Notes under the pieces: model-generated
Told to the model about the DNA's origin: nothing
The model's database searches: none
The model's input: only the letters and a program-made list of their open reading frames with translations
Source of the DNA: Vampirovibrionaceae bacterium NZW_1234
GTDB lineage: Bacteria > Cyanobacteriota > Vampirovibrionia > Vampirovibrionales > JAGQHJ01
DNA length: 64,000 nt
Direction of reading: 5' to 3'
NCBI GenBank assembly: GCA_041697335.1
Contig: JBGUGD010000016.1
Location: 148,267-212,266, forward strand
Part shown: positions 20,086 to 28,086 of the stretch, piece by piece
Layout: each line of letters opens with the position of its first letter
Numbering within the stretch: the stretch's first letter is position 1
Program-made: the position numbers and the translations under genes

Positions 20086-20557
20086 AAGCTTTGCGACCTT
20101 TTTTATCAATGATCAACTCTTTGGCCTGGATATTCTGATGATCCGGGAAATCAACAAACATCTTGATCTCAGCCCCGTCCCGCATGCGCCGGATTACATC
20201 CGTGGATTGTGTAACCTGCGAGGTCAAATTGTGACTGTCCTGGATCTCAAACATCGATTGGGCTTGGGACATTGCGAGCTCACCAACAACTCACATAACA
20301 TTATTATTAAAACCGATGCCGAGCTTTTGGAGTTACGCAATCGTGATGAATGTGATGACGACACTCATATCCCCGACAAAGTAAGTTTACTGGTTGACGG
20401 CATTGGCGAAGTTGTCTCGGTCAATGACAAAGAGATTGATCCACCACCCCCCAACATGGGCCAAGTGGATGGCAAATATATTGATGGCGTCATCAAACTG
20501 GAAAACACCTTATTAACCATCCTTTCCATGAAAAATGTACTTGAAAACCTGAATTAA
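20075..20557 (+). CDS. cheW: Chemotaxis coupling protein
   Basis: PVPHAPDYIRGLCNLRGQIVTVLDL. Confidence 0.95.
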   Translation: MATRSFATFFINDQLFGLDILMIREINKHLDLSPVPHAPDYIRGLCNLRGQIVTVLDLKHRLGLGHCELTNNSHNIIIKTDAELLELRNRDECDDDTHIPDKVSLLVDGIGEVVSVNDKEIDPPPPNMGQVDGKYIDGVIKLENTLLTILSMKNVLENLN

Positions 20558-20603
20558 TTCTTCGCGTCTCAACTTACGTATTACGTTCTCTCGAGGAAAT
20601 CCC

Positions 20604-21704
20604 ATGGATACGTCCAACCCCATCAAAACGCTTGTTGTGGATGATTCGGTTACATACCGGATGATTATGTCTAATGTCGTTAAATCTATCCCCGGTGCAG
20701 AATTATGCGGCACAGCGGCCAATGGTCGCATCGCCCTGGATATGTTACACCAAAATCCGGTGGAATTGGTTTTAATGGATATTGAAATGCCCGTCATGGG
20801 TGGTATGGAAACTCTTCAAACCATTTTACGAGACTTTCCCAAAACCAGTGTCATTTTAATCAGTGGCGCCAATCGCGATCATGCCGATTTAACGATTAGA
20901 GCACTTGAAGCCGGTGCTTTGGACTTTATTTCTAAACCGGATGAAGGATCCATGACAAATAACATGGATACCTTACGCACACGGCTGAGTAATGTCATGC
21001 AGGCATTTCGTTCCAAGCGAATCCTGCCTCGTTCCATTACGCCCAATCGAAGCGCTATTGCCGTTACACCTGCCACTGCCGAACCTCCAATTCGGACAGC
21101 AAGCTCAATACCGAGCCGCTTCGATGTCATTACCATCGGCATCTCCACAGGCGGCCCAAACGCCTTAACTGAACTAATTCCGGCCTTACCCGCAAATATT
21201 GGCGTCCCCATTCTTATCGTTCAGCACATGCCTCCTATTTTCACAGCATCACTGGCCAGCTCGCTAGATCGAAAATCCGCTTTGCTGGTTAAAGAGGCGG
21301 AAGCGGGGGAAAGAGTGCAACCCAATACTGTATACATTGCTCCAGGCGGACAACACATGACGGTTAGCACAGATTTTTGTATCGGTTTAAACTCCGATCC
21401 CCCGGAAAACAGCTGTCGCCCTGCCGTAGATGTCCTATTTCGCTCCGTTGGCCAAGCCTATAAGCGAAATATCCTAGCCCTCGTCATGACCGGGATGGGG
21501 CGTGACGGTGCAAGCGGTGTCGAAGTTCTCAAAAAAACGACAAACTGCTACTGTATTACCCAAAGTGAACAAAGCTGTACCGTCTACGGTATGCCCCGTT
21601 CTGTAGATGAACTCGGTTTATCCGACGAGCGGGTGGATTTAAGTCAGTTAAGTACTCGGATTCAAACGCTGCTTAAAGGCAGTGGCGTTCGGGTGGGCCT
21701 ATGA
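20604..21704 (+). CDS. cheB: Chemotaxis methylesterase response regulator
   Basis: REC domain plus STGGP, QHMP, MTGMGRDG. Confidence 0.96.
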   Translation: MDTSNPIKTLVVDDSVTYRMIMSNVVKSIPGAELCGTAANGRIALDMLHQNPVELVLMDIEMPVMGGMETLQTILRDFPKTSVILISGANRDHADLTIRALEAGALDFISKPDEGSMTNNMDTLRTRLSNVMQAFRSKRILPRSITPNRSAIAVTPATAEPPIRTASSIPSRFDVITIGISTGGPNALTELIPALPANIGVPILIVQHMPPIFTASLASSLDRKSALLVKEAEAGERVQPNTVYIAPGGQHMTVSTDFCIGLNSDPPENSCRPAVDVLFRSVGQAYKRNILALVMTGMGRDGASGVEVLKKTTNCYCITQSEQSCTVYGMPRSVDELGLSDERVDLSQLSTRIQTLLKGSGVRVGL

Positions 21705-22546
21705 TAGCAACCATTTCCACAGAAGAATTTAAGCAACTGCGAAATTATATCGAGCGCGAGTGCAGCATCGTTATCGGTGATGAAAAAGTTTATCTGATTG
21801 AAAGCCGTCTTGCAAAGCTTTTAGTCCAATATGACTGCAAAAGCTACGGTGAATTCTATCAAAAACTCGTCAGTGCCAATAATGCGAAACTGAAAACCGA
21901 AATTATCGATGCCGTAACCACCAATGAAACCCTCTGGTTTCGAGACGAATCACCTTACCTGGCCTTAAAAGAACAGGTTTTGCCAGAGCTTGCACAACAG
22001 ATTCAACGTGGTCAAAAAAGCAATCTTCGTATCTGGTCGGCAGCCTGCTCGACAGGTCAGGAACCCTACTCTATCGGGATGACCGTCCATGAATTTGCAC
22101 GATTGAATCCAAGTCATCAAACGTTGGTTGCCAAAACAACCATTATGGCGACGGACATTTGTTCATCTGTTCTTGTCCTGGCTCAATCCGGACGCTATGA
22201 CCCCATATCCATGTCCAGAGGTATGTTGCCAGGTTATAAAGAACGTTACTTTGAAGAGCAAGGTCGGGTATGCGCCATTAAAGACAGCATTAAAAGCATG
22301 GTGAGCTTCCAACAGTTTAACCTGCAGCAACCCTTTACCCCGATGGGAAAGTTTGATGTTATTTTTTTGCGAAACGTCGCCATTTATTTTTCACCCGAAT
22401 TCAAAACAGAGTTGTTTCAAAAAATTGCCAATGCTCTGAACCCGGGTGGGTACTTGTTTATTGGTGCCTCTGAAACACTCAACGGCTATAGTACAGACTT
22501 CACGTTACGAGAATATGGCCGTGCTATGTATTATCAAGTGAAATAA
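21701..22546 (+). CDS. cheR: Chemotaxis methyltransferase
   Basis: TTNETLWFRD, WSAACSTGQEPYS, RNVAIYF. Confidence 0.96.
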   Translation: MIATISTEEFKQLRNYIERECSIVIGDEKVYLIESRLAKLLVQYDCKSYGEFYQKLVSANNAKLKTEIIDAVTTNETLWFRDESPYLALKEQVLPELAQQIQRGQKSNLRIWSAACSTGQEPYSIGMTVHEFARLNPSHQTLVAKTTIMATDICSSVLVLAQSGRYDPISMSRGMLPGYKERYFEEQGRVCAIKDSIKSMVSFQQFNLQQPFTPMGKFDVIFLRNVAIYFSPEFKTELFQKIANALNPGGYLFIGASETLNGYSTDFTLREYGRAMYYQVK

Positions 22547-22560
22547 AATAAGAGGGCTCG

Positions 22561-22938
22561 ATGATGAAAATTCTTTCGGTAGACGATTCAGCCATTATGC
22601 GCAAGATCATACGCGGGGCTGTCGATATGTTGGGTCTGGAGTTCCTGGAAGCCGAAAACGGGCAAATTGCCTTAGATATTCTCAATCGAGATTATTTGGA
22701 TATTGGTCTTGTTTTATTGGATTGGAATATGCCGGTCAAAGATGGGTATGAAACACTGGTTGCCATTAAAACAGATCCTCGTCTGAAACATATTCCCGTG
22801 ATGATGGTCACAACCGAAGGGGAAAGGACCAATGTGATTCGGGCTATTCAAGCCGGAGCACAACATTATCTGATGAAACCCTTTACCCAGGAAGATTTGC
22901 TAAAACGGATTATGGAATGCATCGGAACCACCGTTTAA
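22561..22938 (+). CDS. cheY: CheY-like single-domain response regulator
   Basis: VDDS, LDWNMP, MVTTE, KPF. Confidence 0.9.
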   Translation: MMKILSVDDSAIMRKIIRGAVDMLGLEFLEAENGQIALDILNRDYLDIGLVLLDWNMPVKDGYETLVAIKTDPRLKHIPVMMVTTEGERTNVIRAIQAGAQHYLMKPFTQEDLLKRIMECIGTTV

Positions 22939-22998
22939 CCCCATCAGCTCAGTTTTTAACCACTATTACATTAGAACACACGGAGGTATCATCCTGAC

Positions 22999-23514
22999 AT
23001 GTCCCAAACAACACACGAGCCCGTTATTGACGCCCGGCTGGTTAACCCCATTATTGCGGCCACCGTCGAAGTCTTGGGCACCATGGCCAATCTGAAAGTT
23101 GCGTTGAAAAAATTTGATGCCCATACGGATTATCACCCCAATGGGGATATTTCGGCTGTCATTGGTATTCTCGGAGAAGGTGGCGAAGGCATGATTGCCA
23201 TTTCCTTTTCCATTCCCCTGGCGAGCCTTATTGTCTCTCGGTTATTAGGGATGAAGCCGGAACATCTGTCCGCCGATGATCGGTCCGATGGCATTGGCGA
23301 GCTTGTCAACATGATTTCAGGCAATGCCAAAACCGCCTTGTCTCAAGGGGAACAAACACCTTATAAACTCTCTTTGCCGACCATCATTTTGGGTGCCAAA
23401 CATGAAATTTATGCACGTCCTCGCCATGTGCCCTATCTGGTGTTGGAGTTTGAAACAGAAGAAAATCACACGTTTAATGTTCAAGTGGGTTTTAAATCAT
23501 TTCAGGGTCGATAA
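22999..23514 (+). CDS. cheX: CheY-P phosphatase CheX
   Basis: DISAVIG, GELVNMISGNAK (ExxN), LSLPTII. Confidence 0.9.
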   Translation: MSQTTHEPVIDARLVNPIIAATVEVLGTMANLKVALKKFDAHTDYHPNGDISAVIGILGEGGEGMIAISFSIPLASLIVSRLLGMKPEHLSADDRSDGIGELVNMISGNAKTALSQGEQTPYKLSLPTIILGAKHEIYARPRHVPYLVLEFETEENHTFNVQVGFKSFQGR

Positions 23515-23595
23515 AGGAAACACTCAATCCTGATCTCTCCCGTTAAAGGAACACACAACGAGCAGACAAATGAAGAACAGAAGGAATACTTATCC

Positions 23596-24009
23596 ATGAA
23601 AGTACTGGTAGTTGATGACTCAGGCGTCATGAGAAAAATGGTCATCCGGGAACTTCTAAAAATGAATGTCACGGAAGCCATGATTGATCAGGCCGAAGAT
23701 GGAGAACAAGGGCTTCAAAAAGCTCTCATCGGCAATTACGACCTGATTCTGATGGATTGGAACATGCCAGCCATGTTGGGAATTGATGCCCTGAAAGGCA
23801 TGCGCCAAAACGGGGTTACCTCTAAAGTCATCATGGTTACCACCGAGGCTGAGCGCTCTCAGGTCTTACTGGCCATTCAATCCGGTGCCAATAATTATTT
23901 ACGTAAGCCTTTCACGTCTGAGGATTTTTCTGAAAAAGTAACCGCGACAATGGGCGGTCCTGAAGCCTGGAGTAACCTCGTCGGAGCAACACCGACCACT
24001 CACGGGTAA
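23596..24009 (+). CDS. cheY: Second CheY-like response regulator
   Basis: VVDDS, MDWNMP, MVTTE, KPF. Confidence 0.88.
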   Translation: MKVLVVDDSGVMRKMVIRELLKMNVTEAMIDQAEDGEQGLQKALIGNYDLILMDWNMPAMLGIDALKGMRQNGVTSKVIMVTTEAERSQVLLAIQSGANNYLRKPFTSEDFSEKVTATMGGPEAWSNLVGATPTTHG

Positions 24010-24039
24010 GTGCGCCTCTAGAGTCGCTACCTAGCGTGC

Positions 24040-24495
24040 CTATGCCTGGAGTGCTGACGGATAGGTTTTCCAATTCCGTCTGGCATCATACAGCAGGCCG
24101 CCTTCCGGGGTGGGTCTTACCACTTGTGTGACAGCTTCGAGCGGATAGACGTCTTTCATGGCTCGGTAAGTTGTCACCATGGCTTGGTGAAGTTGATCGT
24201 CGGTAAATCCATAGCGGCGAACGCGATCCATGTATTCTCCAACGGAGGCCTCGGTAAACACGCCAACCAAACCACACAACAGGCGAAATTGAATCCGGTT
24301 ATCCGTTTCATCAGGTGTGCTTCCAGGCGCGATGCGCAACGTTTCCAACCAGTAGGCGCGACGTTCCGGAGTCGCCAGCGGCTGAACACTCGGCTTATCC
24401 ACAGTCCCAAGAGAAGCAAATCGGGTCTTTGAAGGATAGCCCAGAGTACTAGGCCGGTAAGATAGGGGGCTGAGCATATTGAAAGTAACTCCCAT
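24040..24495 (-). CDS. Hypothetical protein
   Basis: 151-aa ORF with a purine-rich upstream region; no recognisable domain. Confidence 0.6.
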   Translation of the reverse strand: MGVTFNMLSPLSYRPSTLGYPSKTRFASLGTVDKPSVQPLATPERRAYWLETLRIAPGSTPDETDNRIQFRLLCGLVGVFTEASVGEYMDRVRRYGFTDDQLHQAMVTTYRAMKDVYPLEAVTQVVRPTPEGGLLYDARRNWKTYPSALQA

Positions 24496-24568
24496 TTCTC
24501 ATTCACTGAAATAGATAAACACGGCACAGACCCAAAAGTTGCGTGAACGAAAAATGAGGTTTTAATAA

Positions 24569-24799
24569 TTAAAAACCCGACGTCTCATTGCCGCCTACGG
24601 GCATGGAGACTAGGGTATGCATTGGAATCGTCATTCCTCTGGATGCAACACCCTTGGCAAAGCGTTGTGCATCAGCCAGTTGTGTAAACCACACTTGTTG
24701 AGCCCCGACCAAAACAAACCACTGTGGGGTGTTTTCAATGGCAAATATCGCAACGGCAGGTCCCAGTCGTGTGCGATCCGCATTTATAGGGTCTTCCAT
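24569..24799 (-). CDS. Small hypothetical protein
   Basis: 76-aa ORF with AGGAG upstream. Confidence 0.5.
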   Translation of the reverse strand: MEDPINADRTRLGPAVAIFAIENTPQWFVLVGAQQVWFTQLADAQRFAKGVASRGMTIPMHTLVSMPVGGNETSGF

Positions 24800-24957
24800 A
24801 CTGGATAGGCTCCTTTCCGATTAGTGTGCATTCGGTGCGAGTCTACATGGCATGATATCCATTAATATATCATTCTGTCATCAACTGCATGTGGGAGATC
24901 CTGGAGGTGAGTCTGTGCTGTGCAGTTGAGCAACCTCTTGTATAATAAAGAGAGTGC

Positions 24958-25449
24958 GTGAAGGAGCAACCCGTGATCAAAGAAAACTCTGTCGTCACAA
25001 TGACCTATGTCTTGAGAAATGCACAGCGCCTTATTCTGGATGCCTCTGTGGGACAACCGTTTTTATTTTTGGTCGGGCATAAAAATGTTATTGCCGGCCT
25101 CGAAAAAAACGTCATTGGCCTAAAGCCCGGGGATCGTAAGTCGATCGAGGTGCCTCCTGAAGAAGGCTATGGGCAATACGATCCAAGCCTCCGCATTAGT
25201 ATTCCCACACAACAATTCGGAACACATAACCCAGAGCCAGGCCAACAAGTGCAAATGAAATCCCCTGATGGCCAACCGTTTTTAGCCACCGTCATAGAGC
25301 TTCAAGGTGGCAACACCTTACTGGATGCCAACCACCCTTTGGCAGGTGAAACTCTTTATTTCGATCTGGAAATCTTGGACGTCCGAGACGCCACGACAGA
25401 AGAGATCCGTCACGGCCACCCTCACCACCCAGGCATGCCCGCTCACTAG
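24958..25449 (+). CDS. slyD: FKBP-type peptidyl-prolyl isomerase
   Basis: PPEEGYG, DANHPLAG, His-rich C-terminus. Confidence 0.93.
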   Translation: MKEQPVIKENSVVTMTYVLRNAQRLILDASVGQPFLFLVGHKNVIAGLEKNVIGLKPGDRKSIEVPPEEGYGQYDPSLRISIPTQQFGTHNPEPGQQVQMKSPDGQPFLATVIELQGGNTLLDANHPLAGETLYFDLEILDVRDATTEEIRHGHPHHPGMPAH

Positions 25450-25492
25450 GTTGTCATTAATAACAGCACTGGCAACCTTGTCACTAACCTTG

Positions 25493-26833
25493 CTACGAAT
25501 TACTCTGCTGCTTTAAATGCGTTGAAACCGATTTGGATTTGGGTTTCGGCTCGGTCTTCGTCTTGGCCTGAGACAGATGCCGCATGGCCTCTGTGAGTGA
25601 CACCTTGGCCAGAATCTCCCGACTATAGGGGCGATAAAAAATTAGGTAATGCCGTAAATCGGGACTCATGACGGAAAACGTGGCCTTGCCCGAAAACGAT
25701 TCTTGGGGCTTGAGCTGAAACACAAACATATCTCCATCCCCAAACGGCGATAATGCATACACTTGGTTATACTCATCCATAAGTGCCACATCCAGACTTC
25801 CAAATGTATAGCTGGTCTGATTATCAATGGCCAACTTCAAGACAACCTGGTTTTCGACCTTAAAGGGATCACGGCCCAAGGCCACCCCTTGGACCTGCAC
25901 CTGAAGCCCAGGAACATGGATTTCGGCTTCACTATCCAAAGGCCGCTCAAAAGCAGGCAAATTTAAGGGCTGTTGCAGGGCCACACGAATCTGATCACCT
26001 TCGTTTAAAACCACATGGGCCCCATCCCGACCAAGGCCACGCCCCAAACCCACCACAGCACCAACCCCACCGCCAGCCATGAGTGTCGCCCCATGCGTTA
26101 AGGCAGCAGCACCAAGACCACCAAATTTCAGTCCCAGCAATACGCCTTTAACAGCACCACCTACAGTCCCGGCAAGGCTATTGCCAACGGCCCGTCCAGC
26201 AGCCTGTAGACCACTATCGCCTTTGTTATAAAAAGAATTCAACGGAACCTTACGGCCATCAGGCATCAGAATATAGTCCAATGCCAATGTGATGTGGCCT
26301 CGCTTGGACATAGAGCGTCCTGGCGTATCGGCCTCTTCAATATGACCTTTAATTAAGGCGCCCTTGGGGACAAGCACCTTTCCATCGCGCTGAATTTCTT
26401 GTTTTAACCGGGCATGAAATACATCCCCATGCTGGCTATACCCTGTGGCCAGGGTGTCCATAATCGTCAGCACCAAGACCTCGCCTTTTCCCAAGGTATG
26501 TACATCGTCAAAGACCACATCTGGAACAAATTCCCGCTCTTCCCGGATAGAGCCCTTAAGCACCATCCCCGATGCTTCAGCGCCAGGGTCATGAGATCGC
26601 CTGCTGAAGACAGGTGCTTCAAAATTGGGCCGATCGGATTGCAAGCTTTCTACCCGAACCAAGTCGGGCTCATCGGTCTGAGTATCAACATGTAAAACAG
26701 GCCACTCCAGATTCATCTCTGGAGCCCGACGCTCAGCGTAAGCCAAAGGAGCCATCAGCACAGGACCGAATGCCATGGAGACTGCCAAATAAACTTTCAT
26801 CACCCAAGCACTGGACCTTATGATGATCACCAT
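25493..26833 (-). CDS. Hypothetical exported protein (VirB10/TrbI-like beta segment, glycine zipper, C-terminal beta domain)
   Basis: GDVFHARL..EI..DG.VLVPKGALIKGHI; Gly-rich GGAVKG...GGGVGAVVGLG. Confidence 0.6.
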   Translation of the reverse strand: MVIIIRSSAWVMKVYLAVSMAFGPVLMAPLAYAERRAPEMNLEWPVLHVDTQTDEPDLVRVESLQSDRPNFEAPVFSRRSHDPGAEASGMVLKGSIREEREFVPDVVFDDVHTLGKGEVLVLTIMDTLATGYSQHGDVFHARLKQEIQRDGKVLVPKGALIKGHIEEADTPGRSMSKRGHITLALDYILMPDGRKVPLNSFYNKGDSGLQAAGRAVGNSLAGTVGGAVKGVLLGLKFGGLGAAALTHGATLMAGGGVGAVVGLGRGLGRDGAHVVLNEGDQIRVALQQPLNLPAFERPLDSEAEIHVPGLQVQVQGVALGRDPFKVENQVVLKLAIDNQTSYTFGSLDVALMDEYNQVYALSPFGDGDMFVFQLKPQESFSGKATFSVMSPDLRHYLIFYRPYSREILAKVSLTEAMRHLSQAKTKTEPKPKSKSVSTHLKQQSNS

Positions 26834-27007
26834 TCTCTCCTCGTCATCAGCAATCTATAGCTAGTGTAGTAGAAGTTTTTCCGGCTGTCATCCCTTAAAC
26901 ACGTTAGGTCTTCTGAAAAAACCTCTCAAATCCGTCATACCTATAATACACCCAAACAACAGAAAGGCTTTTTTCAGGACACTCAATGCATATAATATTG
27001 TCAAATC

Positions 27008-27083
27008 TGGAGCGGGCAACGCGGCTCGAACGCGCGACCCCCAGCTTGGGAAGCTAGTGCTCTACCAACTGAGCTATGCCCGC
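27008..27083 (-). tRNA. tRNA-Gly (CCC), CCA encoded
   Basis: Reverse complement GCGGGCATAGCTCAGTTGGTAGAGC...TT-CCC-AA...GTTCGAG...GCCCGCTCCA. Confidence 0.97.
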
Positions 27084-27229
27084 AAGGTCAATGGCATCAT
27101 AGTGTAAATACGGCTTTGTGGCAAGAAAAACCCAGGGAGGCTTTTCTAGGTTCACACAAAAGCCCCGTTGTCTGGAATTCAAACAACAGGGCCAATCTTG
27201 TATTGGGCGTTTCAGCTAATGGCTGCTAT

Positions 27230-27913
27230 CTAAATGACTGAGGGATAATTAAACCCTTGACGCTGTAACCAATCTTGGATGCCACCACCAGCACCCCCAC
27301 TCCAGGGATTGCTATCAAAATTATTCTGAGCCCGCCATTGATTCATACCCATCCCGGCCCAAGCGGGTTGAGCACCCATCATGCTATTGGCAGGCATTTG
27401 GGCTGCCATAGAATTATCTAAACCTTGACCAGGTAAGCTCATGCCATTAGACGCCATCCAGTTTGGCATCCCACCACCAACGCCCCCACTCCAGGGATTG
27501 CGATCAAAATTATTCTGAGCCCGCCATTGATTCATACCACCTGGCCCCCCTTGCCAGGATGAAGCAGCGTTCATCGACATAGCAGCATCAGAAGCCAATG
27601 GACTCATCATAGGACCGGCAATCTCATCTGTGGGAAAAAACATTCCGTTAGCCTGCGCCATATTATTCATAGCCAACGGATTACCTTGCAACTCACGGAA
27701 CTTCGCCATACCCATTCCCGCCCAAGGAGCGCCGGAGCCGGTTGTGAAAGAATCATCTGGGATTTGAGAGGCCTGAGAAGCTATCGAACCAACAGTGCTG
27801 AGCACACTTTGCTGAATATTTTGCGCCATGCTGGCCACATCGGGCCGCATCATCATACCCGCACGTCCTCGATTCATCTCATTACCCATTGCTAGCATAT
27901 CTGTGCTCCACAC
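27230..27913 (-). CDS. Met/Asn/Gly/Gln-rich low-complexity protein with an internal repeat
   Basis: GMNQWRAQNNFDxNPWSGG twice; 56-bp DNA repeat at 27294-27349 and 27483-27538. Confidence 0.7.
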   Translation of the reverse strand: MWSTDMLAMGNEMNRGRAGMMMRPDVASMAQNIQQSVLSTVGSIASQASQIPDDSFTTGSGAPWAGMGMAKFRELQGNPLAMNNMAQANGMFFPTDEIAGPMMSPLASDAAMSMNAASSWQGGPGGMNQWRAQNNFDRNPWSGGVGGGMPNWMASNGMSLPGQGLDNSMAAQMPANSMMGAQPAWAGMGMNQWRAQNNFDSNPWSGGAGGGIQDWLQRQGFNYPSVI

Positions 27914-28030
27914 GTTTGTTGCTCTCTATATCAACAAAAACATGGAAATCTAACTTATTTCCTATTTATATCTATATATTTATCTTTGTAAACAGAAGAG
28001 TCCGTCTTTAACGCCTATCAGTCCCAAGCA

Positions 28031-28070
28031 ATAGGTAAAACTCCCCCTTGAATGAGGGAGTTTTACCTAT
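28031..28070 (-). terminator. Hairpin downstream of the AAA ATPase gene
   Basis: ATAGGTAAAACTCCC / GGGAGTTTTACCTAT, perfect 15-bp inverted repeat. Confidence 0.65.
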
Positions 28071-28086
28071 AGTATACTATTACGCC

